Source: Candidatus Kaiserbacteria bacterium RIFCSPHIGHO2_01_FULL_53_29
Lineage (GTDB): Bacteria; Patescibacteriota; Minisyncoccia; Phycocordibacterales; UBA2100
Assembly: GCA_001781125.1 (NCBI GenBank)
Contig: MFKT01000001.1
Location: 3,630 to 67,629 of the forward strand
Direction of reading: 5' to 3'
DNA: 64,000 nucleotides
Part shown: positions 1 through 10,030 of the stretch, one piece after another
Position numbering within the stretch: position 1 is the stretch's first letter
How the letters are laid out: each line of letters starts with the position of its first letter
Notes under the pieces: generated by a model
The model's database searches: none
What the model was told of the DNA's origin: nothing
The model's input: the letters and a program-made list of their open reading frames with translations, nothing else
Translations under genes and position numbers: made by a program

Positions 1-1582
1 TTTCAGGGTCGAGCTCCATAAGCCGGCCAGTGTTCGCTCCTTGGTAAATAGAGCCACCAATAACTACGGGTGTCGCAAATATCCGCGCGCCTGCATTCCA
101 TCGCCATTTCTCTTCGAATGTCTCGAGACCGATACAATATAGATTCTTGTCGAGCGATGCGGCGAGGACCGTATCGCCATAGATGACCGGCGTCGAATAA
201 AATCCGAATTCTGCTTTAAAGCGAGCCCGCTCCGTACCCACCTTTCTATTCACGAAGAAAAGTTCGCCCTTTCGATTCCCAAATATGACGAGGTCTCGTT
301 TCGCGTCATACGCGAATGATTCTTTGATATCGAAGCGACTAAAGCCGACGCCTCGTTCCTTCTCTGTAATCGCATGAGGCTCGAACTTCCATGCAAGCAC
401 ACCGGTTCTAGCGTCGAAGAGGTATGCGCAGCCGTCGTTGGAGCCGACGACCACTTGCCCGCACTCTTCGATGTAGCATGGCGAAGAGTGCGTATAGCAC
501 GGCATATCCGACATGCTCCATATTTTCTTGCCGCTCTTTGCGTCGATTGCCGCGAGACCGCCGCGTTTTCTCCAGAGGCCGAATTCGAGACCGACGAATA
601 CGATACCGAGGTCGCGCGCGACGGCCGGCGAAGAGCCTATCCAGTCCGCTTCAAAGTAGATCCAGCGTTTCTTTCCGGTCGCCGCGTCGAGCGCATAGAA
701 ATTGCCGTCGTATCCGCCGAAATACACCGTCCCGTCGAAAAGAGCCGGGGACGAAAAAATACCCTTTCCTTTTGTGTGCATGCCGATCTTGTACGACCAC
801 GCGACCTCTCCGCTTCTCTGCTCGAGGGCCCAGAGGGTCCCATTGTCAGAACCGACGTAGAGCCGCTCATCATCGATAGCGGGATCGGATTTCGGAACGA
901 CGTACTGGTAGCTCGGGTCTTTGCTTTGAAATTTCCAGAGCACGCGGTACGGTTGCGCGAGAACTTCTCTTTCTTTTTTCTCCAAATTCTCAGTCCCGAG
1001 CTCGTCATTGAAATCGTCGAGCGTAAAAAGGGAGATCACTCGGATACCTTTATCGTGAAAGTACGAATAATAATCTGCGTCGCGGAATCGCACGATCGTC
1101 CACACGGCAGAGATCTTGTGTCCGAGACCTTCCAATACCTCCACTTGCCTAATAAAGCTTTTGCCGCTGTTGATGAGATCGTCCACCAGGACGATCTCAC
1201 GGTCTCTCCTCAGCACTCCTTCAATCATTCGCATGAGTCCGTCTTTCTTGCGCGACTTCCGTATAAAAAATCCATTGACATCTTTTTTGCTACGTTTCCC
1301 ATGCCCATGCATCGTGAGCGCGGTCACCAAGGGGATGGCCGCGGTCTCTATGCCGCCGATCTGAAACGGATAGTGTGTGTCGAATTCATCCCAGAAAGCG
1401 TCGCCGATGTCGTCGAGGACGTGGGGCGTAAGCAGTATGCGGCGGAAGTCGAGAAGCCACCCTTTCTTTTTCTTTCGCTTGCGCGATCTCGAGACGATGA
1501 TCTCATCCTCAGCTTTGACATACGCGCCGCTCACCACAGCCTTTTTTATTCGACCTATACGCGCTTCTGACAGTGCATGCAT
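1..1582 (-). CDS. Fusion of an N-terminal type I phosphoribosyltransferase (orotate PRTase-like) domain and PQQ/BamB-type beta-propeller repeats; runs off the left edge
   Basis: Manual minus-strand translation from ATG 1582 (TATAGT 7 nt upstream). It shows the PRPP-binding loop IVLVDDLINSGKS and RKSRKKDG, then repeated propeller blades (LYVGSDNGTLWALEQRSGEVAW; IFATPVV). Missing from the ORF track because there is no stop in the window. Confidence 0.8.
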   Translation of the reverse strand, partial: MHALSEARIGRIKKAVVSGAYVKAEDEIIVSRSRKRKKKKGWLLDFRRILLTPHVLDDIGDAFWDEFDTHYPFQIGGIETAAIPLVTALTMHGHGKRSKKDVNGFFIRKSRKKDGLMRMIEGVLRRDREIVLVDDLINSGKSFIRQVEVLEGLGHKISAVWTIVRFRDADYYSYFHDKGIRVISLFTLDDFNDELGTENLEKKEREVLAQPYRVLWKFQSKDPSYQYVVPKSDPAIDDERLYVGSDNGTLWALEQRSGEVAWSYKIGMHTKGKGIFSSPALFDGTVYFGGYDGNFYALDAATGKKRWIYFEADWIGSSPAVARDLGIVFVGLEFGLWRKRGGLAAIDAKSGKKIWSMSDMPCYTHSSPCYIEECGQVVVGSNDGCAYLFDARTGVLAWKFEPHAITEKERGVGFSRFDIKESFAYDAKRDLVIFGNRKGELFFVNRKVGTERARFKAEFGFYSTPVIYGDTVLAASLDKNLYCIGLETFEEKWRWNAGARIFATPVVIGGSIYQGANTGRLMELDPE

Positions 1583-1658
1583 GTCCATGACTATACTATA
1601 AAGCTCTCCGGGATGAAGCGTGATCTGCTGCATTCTCCACGTGATAGTATCAAGACTA

Positions 1659-2954
1659 ATGCTGCACGATGCATTGTCTTTGAGCAAATGGGAACAAAAA
1701 TTCCTCGCTGCGTATCGACGCGCTTTTTCGATACAAGAAATAGAAGAGAGCGTGCCGCTCCAGTGGGTTTTTGGGGCGTTGCTCTTCACTTTTTTTGTCA
1801 CGTTCGAGAAATGGGTCGGCTCCGGCGCCATTACCGTCTCGGCATACGTCGAGAATTCCTACGCATGCTGGCCCTATTTTCAGGATTGCGGCCGATTCTA
1901 CTTTCTGACGCGGCTGCCGGACGGCTATTCGCAGACAACGTTCTACGTCGTCCTCTTCGTCGTCATGCTCCTTGTCGCGTACTTCATGTACCGCAAGCAA
2001 TGGGTATACGCGCATGTGGGCATGCTTGCCCTCTGGCTCTGGAAAGTCGTCGTTATGTTCGGGCTCACCTATGCGACCATGTGGGGGAATTACGATTACT
2101 ACGATGTCGTGTTTCTCGTCGCCGTGCTCTTCCTGCCGCATAAAATGTTCTTCCTCCGCGCCTTGTTCGTGACGCTCTATTTCCTGGCATCGACGATAAA
2201 GATCCACGAAGGATGGGTACTCGGCACGTACTTCACGTCGCTCGAGACGGGGCTCCCCTTGTTCGGTAATACGCTCGCGCCGTTCGTCACGAATCTTGTG
2301 ATATTCATGCAGATGGTCGGTTCCGTCATGCTTTTGAGCACGCGACCCGTTCTGCAGCGCATCGCATTCTTCTATTTCCTTCTGTTCCATATGTACTCGG
2401 GCATCCTAGTCGAATATCGCTACCTTGTGACGTCACTGCCGATGCTCATCATTCTTTTCGGGGTGTTCAATCGAACGATCCCGCTTCCCAGGGGACGCAA
2501 GGCAGTGGTCGGCTGGATATTTTTACTGCTGCTCGCTGCGGTCCAGCTGATACCCATCATCATCATACGCGGCGATCAGAAAATGACTCTAGAGGGTAAT
2601 AAGTACGGACTCTATATGTTCGAAGCCAACCATCAGTGCATTTCTTCGGTGACGGTGTATACGATTGACGGGCAAACGGAGAGCTCAAGAGAAGAGTCAT
2701 GGAGCGCGAGGAAACGGTGCGATCCGTACCGGGAATGGTTCACTCTGCGACAGGCATGCGATCGAGCTCCCGCAATCGCGCGTATCAAATGGGAATACGA
2801 CCATTCGATAAACGGCGGGCCGTTCTACCGTATTGTCGATGAAAAAGACGCGTGCGCGCTGGAATATCACGCATTACGGCACAATGCGTGGATCAAATTG
2901 CCTGAGGATAGACCTCAGATCGTCGGATATCCGGTAAAGAATCTGTACCATTGA
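1659..2954 (+). CDS. Polytopic membrane protein, HTTM / vitamin K-dependent carboxylase-like domain
   Basis: Many TM segments; LYFLASTIKIHEGW and LLFH motifs resemble HTTM; start chosen at ATG 1659 after TAGTAT. Confidence 0.6.
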   Translation: MLHDALSLSKWEQKFLAAYRRAFSIQEIEESVPLQWVFGALLFTFFVTFEKWVGSGAITVSAYVENSYACWPYFQDCGRFYFLTRLPDGYSQTTFYVVLFVVMLLVAYFMYRKQWVYAHVGMLALWLWKVVVMFGLTYATMWGNYDYYDVVFLVAVLFLPHKMFFLRALFVTLYFLASTIKIHEGWVLGTYFTSLETGLPLFGNTLAPFVTNLVIFMQMVGSVMLLSTRPVLQRIAFFYFLLFHMYSGILVEYRYLVTSLPMLIILFGVFNRTIPLPRGRKAVVGWIFLLLLAAVQLIPIIIIRGDQKMTLEGNKYGLYMFEANHQCISSVTVYTIDGQTESSREESWSARKRCDPYREWFTLRQACDRAPAIARIKWEYDHSINGGPFYRIVDEKDACALEYHALRHNAWIKLPEDRPQIVGYPVKNLYH

Positions 2955-2965
2955 TATGCGCGTGT

Positions 2966-3160
2966 ATGGATGAAAAGAATATTCTGGCACTCCAATGCAT
3001 ACGGGGCAATTCCGTCGCGGAGCTCACGCCGTTGCAACTACTGATCGAGCCGTATGCCGACATTATCGTCGTTTTCTGGTGGATCCTATGGATAAGTGTC
3101 GTCGTATATATCTGTATCCGTATCATCGCGGCGTATGTCAGTGCGCGCGATGCTCCGTGA
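2966..3160 (+). CDS. Small membrane protein, hypothetical
   Basis: Short ORF with one hydrophobic stretch, same strand as neighbours. Confidence 0.35.
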   Translation: MDEKNILALQCIRGNSVAELTPLQLLIEPYADIIVVFWWILWISVVVYICIRIIAAYVSARDAP

Positions 3161-3214
3161 CGGTATCCACACCGAAGGCATAGTCGAGTCCGCCGATGTT
3201 GCTATACTTGCGAG

Positions 3215-3550
<336 letters not shown>

Positions 3551-3565
3551 TCTTTCGAGCAATAT

Positions 3566-4681
3566 ATGGAGCCGAATACCTCGAGTCCGAAGAATACTCG
3601 CCTACTCCTATCAGTAGGCGCTCTCGCCGTGGTCGCAGTTGCAGCTGCTCTATGGTGGTGGCAAGACGCCGCTCCCAAAGCCGGCACTTCGTACGAGGAC
3701 TTCATCGGCAATAATAGTGCGTTCGCGCAGGCTGAAGAGTTGCGCGTAGCGGGGAACAGGAGCGAAGCCGCGGCACTCTATCAAAAAGCCCTAGAAGGGT
3801 TCACGGATATTGAGGACGAAGGCCGCATCAAACTGCGTCTGGCGCTTGTCGATCCCGGTACCTACGCGCACAAGATCTCACTTCTAAAGGAAGTTGCGGC
3901 GGACGTTCGCTATTCCAGGATCACGCGAGCATATGCGGTATTCAATATGGCGGATCTGTTCTACTCGACATCCGATCCCGAGATCACCAAAGCAATATTC
4001 AGCGATGAGAAATACGCGAAATACAAAAAAAGTAATGATCTCACCTCCTACCGACGGCTCGCCGAATACGCAGCATCGCTCTATCCCATCGCGTTCGCGG
4101 AATTACGTATCGCGCAATGGCACGCAAGTCACATAGAACGCCTCTTAAAACAGCAAACACCGGACAAAGCGGAAATAGAAAGATCTACGGCAATCATTCA
4201 CGAGCGCATGGAAAAAGCTGATCGCGATATCGCGCGCATCGCACAGCAGCATGACAACTATTTCGTCGATATTCCGCGCATATTTCTGTTGCGTGCTCAA
4301 ATAATATCTAAACAAGAGAGAGTGGGAAATACGTCCTTTGGCACTACGGAAGACGCGTTCAGGCGAGCCTTAGATGCCTACGTACAGTATGGAAAGCCTG
4401 GCTCCGATGGATATGCACGCTTTTATTATTCGTCCGCATTGCAGAAAAAATATGGAAAGGAGCGTCAAAAGGAAATACAAACTCTGCTTGCGCCATTGTA
4501 TACGGGCACTGTGTACGAAAATACTCCGGTCATGACATATTTCAAGAATGAGCGCGCCAACTTGCTTGGTTCGAAGTCGCTGATCATTCAGGTGGCGGGT
4601 CTCGATCCTGATTTCAAAAGCATGCTCCGTTCTCTTGGATGGACTGAAGAGGATTTTGTACGGAGATCGACCTCAAGCTAA
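3566..4681 (+). CDS. Membrane-anchored TPR-like helical protein
   Basis: 371 aa ORF, N-terminal TM, EAAALYQKAL-type helical motifs. Confidence 0.7.
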   Translation: MEPNTSSPKNTRLLLSVGALAVVAVAAALWWWQDAAPKAGTSYEDFIGNNSAFAQAEELRVAGNRSEAAALYQKALEGFTDIEDEGRIKLRLALVDPGTYAHKISLLKEVAADVRYSRITRAYAVFNMADLFYSTSDPEITKAIFSDEKYAKYKKSNDLTSYRRLAEYAASLYPIAFAELRIAQWHASHIERLLKQQTPDKAEIERSTAIIHERMEKADRDIARIAQQHDNYFVDIPRIFLLRAQIISKQERVGNTSFGTTEDAFRRALDAYVQYGKPGSDGYARFYYSSALQKKYGKERQKEIQTLLAPLYTGTVYENTPVMTYFKNERANLLGSKSLIIQVAGLDPDFKSMLRSLGWTEEDFVRRSTSS

Positions 4682-4686
4682 GGACC

Positions 4687-5475
4687 ATGCTCTCTTTCGC
4701 GCGCCGTCTTGCGCCCTACATTCTGGGCGCTTACGCTGTGATACTTATCGTATCGACCGCGACCGATTTCTACCCGTATGAGGATGTAGCCTTTTTCTTC
4801 GACGATTCTCCCGAGCGGGCATACGCATACGCCCTGAAACATTTCAGCGCACTCGATGCGCGCGAATACGATATCGATCGCGCGGAATTCTTCTACCTGG
4901 AAGCGGCGAAACGCAACCTGGATGTAGGGTATCCATATCACGAGCTCGCGCGTATCGCTTTTTTGCGCGGCGATTTCGAACGGGCGCTCGCGCTTATCAA
5001 GCTACAGATCGTGCTTCATGGTGATTCGATGCCAAACAGCTACTACATACGGGGACTCATCTTAGGCTTTATGGAGCGCTACGATGAGGCGGCACTCTCT
5101 TTTGAGAAATTCCTGAAATTTCACCCGACCAATTGGGCGGCGATGAACGACTACGCGTGGGTCCTTCTGAAAGCGGGCCGCGCCAAAGAAGCACGCCTCA
5201 TTACGGAAAAAGCACTCGAATATTTTCCGAATAATGTATGGGTCTTAAACAGCAATGCAATTGCCGCTTTCGAGATGGGCGATACTGCCGGAGCACTGGA
5301 AAGTGCGAGCAAGGCCGCGCAGTTCATCGATACCGTCGGTGTGGAAGATTGGTTGCGGGCGTACCCGGGCAATGATCCGAATATCGCGCATGAAGGCATC
5401 ACTGCTCTGCGGGGTTCGATATTGAAGAATATGCACATGCTCCGGGCCGCTTCAGCAAAAGATGCGGTAGAATGA
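4687..5475 (+). CDS. Tetratricopeptide repeat protein
   Basis: Consecutive TPR motifs (YYIRGLILGFMERYDEAALSFEKFLKFHP). Confidence 0.8.
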   Translation: MLSFARRLAPYILGAYAVILIVSTATDFYPYEDVAFFFDDSPERAYAYALKHFSALDAREYDIDRAEFFYLEAAKRNLDVGYPYHELARIAFLRGDFERALALIKLQIVLHGDSMPNSYYIRGLILGFMERYDEAALSFEKFLKFHPTNWAAMNDYAWVLLKAGRAKEARLITEKALEYFPNNVWVLNSNAIAAFEMGDTAGALESASKAAQFIDTVGVEDWLRAYPGNDPNIAHEGITALRGSILKNMHMLRAASAKDAVE

Positions 5476-7511
5476 ACATGTCTATGAAGACAGCACGACT
5501 TTCTGCGCGCGGGAATATTTTGTTCGGCATTGCCGTGCTTGTGCTTCTGCTCGGCACGATACAGTCGGACGGCGCATTCGTATCTTCTGAAGTACGTTTT
5601 GCTGACGATTCCGCACAGGGTCTTTCGATCGTGCCCGCATCATGTCCCTCAAGTCCGCATGAGACGCCGAGTGAATGTGACGAGCCCGGGTTCAATGAAT
5701 GTTTTCTTTCCGATACTCCACCGGGCATCATCGCAGAGGGCACCACCGCCACGCTGCATTGGGATGCCGGCAAGACAGACTTTACGTATTTGAGCGGAAG
5801 CATCTCTCAGGGCGTCGGTGCCGTCTCATCGGTCGGTTCCATTCCGGTAACGCCCGCGCAGACGACGCAATACGTATACACCGGCACCCGGCAGCATTAT
5901 CAGAGCAGGACCGGACAAGTTCTCTCCTTTTCGTGCAGCACGACGGTCGCGGTGGACTCGCCTCCTATCGACTACTGCCCCAATATCGCGGGCACACAAA
6001 CTTCGGTACCGAGCGGGTATCACACAGAAGACGGCCAATGCGTTCCCGACCCCCAAAAATACTCCTGCAACACGAACAATCAGTGTATAGCTGATTCCAG
6101 CGGTCCGTACACCAGCTCGAGTTGCGACAATGCGTGTGGTTCCGTCGTCCCAAAATACTCCTGCAACGCGAGCAATCAGTGTGTAGCTGATTCCAGCGGT
6201 TCATACACCAGCTCGAGTTGCGACAATGCGTGCGGCGGCGGTAGCAACTCATGTGAAATGTACTTTGAACCGGCATCAATCCCGCCCGACGGCAGCTCAA
6301 CCCTGTATTGGACCGCAGATCATCCGGGCACGATGTATCACTCCGGCGCTACATGGCAGGTTCCTGCGGTTGGCAGCGGAATAAGCGGAGACCTCGAATC
6401 GTATCAGCTCGTAGACAACGTCAACGGTGAGTCATGCACCGCAGAGCTCACGATCCAATGTCCCGCAGGCCAAACGTGGGACGGCACCCAGTGTGTCGGC
6501 CAAAAATACTCCTGCAACACGAACAATCAGTGTATAGCTGATCCCAGCGGTCCGTACACCACCTCAAGCTGCGGGGGCGCGTGTGCACCCGTCCAAAAAT
6601 ACTCCTGCAACACGAACAACCAGTGTGCGTTGGACTCGAACGGTCCGTACACATCCTCGAATTGCAACAACATCTGCGGCAGTGGCGGAGGATTTTCCTG
6701 CAACGCGGGCAATCAGTGCGTGGCGAGTCCCAGCGGTTCATACGCTACCTCGAACTGCAACAATGCGTGTGGCGGTGGCAGCTGCTCCAAGAGCCCCTAT
6801 TGCGACGACGATACCAACGCGCATTACAGCGTCAGCGCAAGCTGCCAGTACGTTTCAGACGGGGACTGTGATGGCGGTGGTTCCTGCACCAAAAAACCCT
6901 ACTGCGATGCCGGCACCAACAAGCAATACGGCGTAAGCGCTAGTTGCCAATATGTTGCAGGCGGCAGCTGCATCGAATGTCCAGGTAACCAAAGTAAGAT
7001 CTGGAACCCTACGACGCACCAATTTGAGTGTAGGGTAACCGGATGTCCATTACCGGTCTACTACTGCCAAGCTGACAACTTGTGCCACCGCACATACGGA
7101 AGCTCCCCGGAATGTCAACCAAACAACAGCTGTTCTGCCTGTGCATACGGATGCACGCAAAGCGGATCGAGCTCTTCATGCAATCCGCCGCCCGCGCCCG
7201 AGATCGTGACGTGGAACGTGCACCCGACTCTGGTTCACCGTGAGAGCACTGTGCAGGTTGAATGGGAAGCCAAAAACGTCCGATCGTGCACTGTTAGGGG
7301 CACGAATAGCGACGGCACAGGGAATAATGCCACCGGTGTGTGGGGCGGCACGGCCGGTAGCACTCACAATCTGAGCGGTACTAAAACATCAAGCCCTATT
7401 ACTGCGCAGACTATCTACACAATTGTCTGTCAGCCGGTTCCCGAGTCTGTATCCTCTCCCGTTAGCCGCTCGACGACTGTCAACATCATCCCCATTTTTC
7501 AGGAACAGTAG
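5472..7511 (+). CDS. Secreted Cys-rich repeat surface protein
   Basis: Signal/TM segment, five KYSCN..NQC..D..G.Y....C...C repeats, Ig-like beta-rich segments. Confidence 0.8.
   Translation: MNMSMKTARLSARGNILFGIAVLVLLLGTIQSDGAFVSSEVRFADDSAQGLSIVPASCPSSPHETPSECDEPGFNECFLSDTPPGIIAEGTTATLHWDAGKTDFTYLSGSISQGVGAVSSVGSIPVTPAQTTQYVYTGTRQHYQSRTGQVLSFSCSTTVAVDSPPIDYCPNIAGTQTSVPSGYHTEDGQCVPDPQKYSCNTNNQCIADSSGPYTSSSCDNACGSVVPKYSCNASNQCVADSSGSYTSSSCDNACGGGSNSCEMYFEPASIPPDGSSTLYWTADHPGTMYHSGATWQVPAVGSGISGDLESYQLVDNVNGESCTAELTIQCPAGQTWDGTQCVGQKYSCNTNNQCIADPSGPYTTSSCGGACAPVQKYSCNTNNQCALDSNGPYTSSNCNNICGSGGGFSCNAGNQCVASPSGSYATSNCNNACGGGSCSKSPYCDDDTNAHYSVSASCQYVSDGDCDGGGSCTKKPYCDAGTNKQYGVSASCQYVAGGSCIECPGNQSKIWNPTTHQFECRVTGCPLPVYYCQADNLCHRTYGSSPECQPNNSCSACAYGCTQSGSSSSCNPPPAPEIVTWNVHPTLVHRESTVQVEWEAKNVRSCTVRGTNSDGTGNNATGVWGGTAGSTHNLSGTKTSSPITAQTIYTIVCQPVPESVSSPVSRSTTVNIIPIFQEQ
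6054..6970 (+). repeat. Intragenic repeats: 5 copies of an ~28-aa four-Cys unit and 2 copies of a second Cys unit
   Basis: aaatactcctgcaac recurs near 6054, 6150, 6501 and 6594, with a variant near 6690; GGSC.K.PYCD..TN..Y.VSASCQYV occurs twice. Confidence 0.85.
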
Positions 7512-7536
7512 CTTCTCTCAATGATATAGTCTGCGT

Positions 7537-8007
7537 ATGACACATACATCATCGATCCGGACGCTCACGATCGTCATCGTGATGTTTCTCTTCGCGTGGA
7601 TCGCGCTTGCGCACGTGGTGCAAGCACAAGAGTCCTCGGGCGATCTGCGTGCGACCATCCGCGCCGAATTGTTGAGCGATCCGCGCACGAGCAGCCTCTC
7701 GCAAGCACAGATCGAGGAAATGGTGGATGTCCTCTTACAGGAGGCACAAAAGCAGGGCGTGACCTCGCACGATATACAGTGGCGACCCGCACCGTCGGCA
7801 GATCCTGCCGAGGACTCCGGGTCAGCCGTTGCCTGCGGGAATGTGCCCTCAATTCTCTGTGCAATGAATACAGCGTTCGGCTTTGATGGATCGGATCTCA
7901 AGATTCCCATAGGTCTTGCCGCCAGCTCCATTCTCCTCATCGTCCTTATCGGGCTGATGATAGAAGAGCATCGCCGCCGCGCGGGAGCTATCGCGCGATC
8001 TCTTTGA
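7537..8007 (+). CDS. Hypothetical membrane protein (N- and C-terminal TM)
   Basis: TATAGT-N6-ATG; hydrophobic ends. Confidence 0.7.
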   Translation: MTHTSSIRTLTIVIVMFLFAWIALAHVVQAQESSGDLRATIRAELLSDPRTSSLSQAQIEEMVDVLLQEAQKQGVTSHDIQWRPAPSADPAEDSGSAVACGNVPSILCAMNTAFGFDGSDLKIPIGLAASSILLIVLIGLMIEEHRRRAGAIARSL

Positions 8008-8024
8008 AGGGCGCGTACAACAAG

Positions 8025-8129
8025 TTGCTTTTTTAACCCGTTCGGCTATAGTGCCTCAACGCTACGTCGGCCTTGGGCCGACCAATGGTAAGATGCTTCT
8101 CGCGTCTACCAGGGCGCGTTTTTCATTTT
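8025..8129 (+). promoter_or_regulatory. Sigma70 promoter and structured 5' leader of the r-protein operon
   Basis: TTGCTT-N16-TATAGT (8025-8052); hairpins 8066-8082 and 8086-8111 closed by aacgc/gcgtt. Confidence 0.55.
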
Positions 8130-8729
8130 ATGGCTAACAAATTCATGCTGGGCACCAAAGGGCGGATGACGCAGGTCTTCGATGAGAAGGGCGTTGTTTC
8201 TGCTGCGACCATTGTGAGCGCAGGGCCTCTCACCGTGACACAGATAAAGGGAAAAGAAACAGACGGTTACGACGGGGTACAGGTGGGTTTCCTCGCTGCA
8301 AAAGAGAAACACGTCAACAAAGCACAAAGTGGTAAACCGTTCACGTACCTCCGCGAATCATCCTTTGATGTCGCCCCGGAGATAGGCGCCTCGATCGACG
8401 TGTCAATTTTCGTCCCCGGCGACATGGTCACTGTTTCCGCCATCTCAAAAGGCAAAGGATTTCAAGGTGTTGTGAAGCGGCACGGATTCCACGGGGGCCC
8501 CAGAAGCCATGGTCAGAAAAATCGAGAGCGCTCTCCGGGCTCTATTGGCGGCGGCGGTCGCGCAGGCGGGCGTGTCGTGAAGGGAATGCGCATGGCAGGC
8601 CGCATGGGGGGCAGTAGGATCACCGTCAAAAATCTCAAGGTCTTGCAAGTAGACGTGGCCACCAATACACTCGTCATTTCGGGTGCCATTCCAGGGCGTC
8701 CCGGTACACTCGTCGAGATCAGAGGCTAA
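8130..8729 (+). CDS. rplC: 50S ribosomal protein L3
   Basis: GTKGRMTQVF, SKGKGFQGVVKRHGF, GMRMAGRMG. Confidence 0.97.
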   Translation: MANKFMLGTKGRMTQVFDEKGVVSAATIVSAGPLTVTQIKGKETDGYDGVQVGFLAAKEKHVNKAQSGKPFTYLRESSFDVAPEIGASIDVSIFVPGDMVTVSAISKGKGFQGVVKRHGFHGGPRSHGQKNRERSPGSIGGGGRAGGRVVKGMRMAGRMGGSRITVKNLKVLQVDVATNTLVISGAIPGRPGTLVEIRG

Positions 8730-8740
8730 TTTTGTACCTG

Positions 8741-8837
8741 TCCCGTTAGAAACAAACGTATATGAACAACGAAACAAAACATACAGAGAAAGAGACAAGA
8801 ACCACTGCCTCGAAAAAGGCCGGGGTTTCTAATGGGA
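8741..8837 (+). mobile_element. 97-bp MITE-like palindromic element (CCCGTTAGA family) at the rplD start
   Basis: tcccgttagaaac ... gtttctaatggga inverted repeat; the last base is the A of the ATG at 8837. Confidence 0.7.
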
Positions 8838-9517
8838 TGGAATCAGTAATTTACAACGCACAAGGAAAAAAGCAGGGCTCGGTGAAATTACCCGAGAGTA
8901 TTTTCGGCGTCGCGTGGAATGATTCGCTCATGCACCAGGTGGTGACGGGGATGCAGGCCAACGCGCGCTCGATGGTCGCGCATGTGAAAAACCGCGGAGA
9001 AGTGAGAGGCGGCGGCAAAAAGCCGTGGGCCCAAAAAGGAACTGGCCGCGCGCGCCATGGCTCTACGCGTAGTCCGATTTGGAAAGGCGGTGGCGTTACG
9101 CACGGGCCCCGGAAGGACAAAAACTATTCGCAAGCGATCCCGAAAAAGATGCGCGCGAAAGGGCTTTTCATGGCGCTTTCGCGCAAGCTCAAAGACAGCG
9201 AGATCATCTTTGTTGATTCGTTCGGATTGAATGGGCCGAAGACCGCCGCCGCCCAAAAAGTACTCGCGATACTCGGAGGAGTATCGGGCTTTGCAAAACT
9301 TGCCACCAAAAGAAAGAACGCCGCGCTCATAGCGCTTGCCGATCCGACCGAAGCTGCACAAAAGAGTTTCCGCAATATCGGCAACGTCACGTGTGTTGCG
9401 GTGCGCAATTTGAACCCCGTGTCTGTCCTCGGCAATTCCTATCTCATCATCGAAAATCCCGAAGCCGCAGTGGCGATTATTGCGCAGCGCGTTCGGAAGC
9501 CAGTGGCTAAACCCTAG
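8762..9517 (+). CDS. rplD: 50S ribosomal protein L4 (first 25 aa element-derived; conserved start likely 8837)
   Basis: RGEVRGGGKKPWAQKGTGRARHGS. Confidence 0.96.
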   Translation: MNNETKHTEKETRTTASKKAGVSNGMESVIYNAQGKKQGSVKLPESIFGVAWNDSLMHQVVTGMQANARSMVAHVKNRGEVRGGGKKPWAQKGTGRARHGSTRSPIWKGGGVTHGPRKDKNYSQAIPKKMRAKGLFMALSRKLKDSEIIFVDSFGLNGPKTAAAQKVLAILGGVSGFAKLATKRKNAALIALADPTEAAQKSFRNIGNVTCVAVRNLNPVSVLGNSYLIIENPEAAVAIIAQRVRKPVAKP

Positions 9518-9535
9518 TGGCGAACTACTATTCCT

Positions 9536-9892
9536 ATGGCACTATTTTCACGAAATAAGAAAAAAAACAAAATCGAATCGGCTCCGGCTTCTGTTTCGAT
9601 GAAGTCGAATACGCGAGACCTGTCGCACATCCTTCGTCATACCCGCATCACGGAAAAGGCAACCATGCACTCAGCCGATGGCGTCTATACGTTCGACATT
9701 GCCCCAAGTGCCACGAAGCGCGACGTCATGCAGGCGGTGCGGGCACTCTACAAGGTGACCCCGCGGCACGTAGCGGTCGTAAGCATTCCCACGAAGACGA
9801 AACGCAACGCACGAACGGGTAAAAGTGGCGTGAGGGGCGGAGGCAAAAAGGCCTATGTGTACCTTAAAAAAGGCGAGACCATAACGTTCTAA
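9536..9892 (+). CDS. rplW: 50S ribosomal protein L23
   Basis: ITEKA, YTFDI, KKAYVYLKKG; operon position. Confidence 0.95.
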   Translation: MALFSRNKKKNKIESAPASVSMKSNTRDLSHILRHTRITEKATMHSADGVYTFDIAPSATKRDVMQAVRALYKVTPRHVAVVSIPTKTKRNARTGKSGVRGGGKKAYVYLKKGETITF

Positions 9893-9897
9893 ATATG

Positions 9898-10029
9898 CCC
9901 GGCAGGACAATTTCGAATTGCTTCTTATGAATAATCATCAGCGTATGACAGAAAACATCTATCTATCAGATTGCAAAGTATTCGCAGTTGAAACTGCAGC
10001 AGGAATTATTCGAAATTGTACTAGCCGGG
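9898..10029 (+). mobile_element. 132-bp start-codon element, copy 1 (rplW-rplB)
   Basis: cccggcaggacaatttcgaat ... attcgaaattgtactagccggg, flanked by TATG on both sides; mini-ORFs 9895-9930 and 9927-10034. Confidence 0.9.
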
Positions 10030-10030
10030 T

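Noticed and set aside
374-1570. 398-aa plus-strand ORF
   Set aside because: It is the antisense shadow, in register with the minus-strand PRTase/propeller gene, which has recognisable motifs.
8073-8129. Extended ORF-track starts (rplC 8073, rpsE 18653, smpB 45044, pyrC 49008, malic enzyme 48722, recG 57525, gpsA 63074)
   Set aside because: Homology begins at downstream ATGs, most of which have a -10 box or AT-rich context just upstream.
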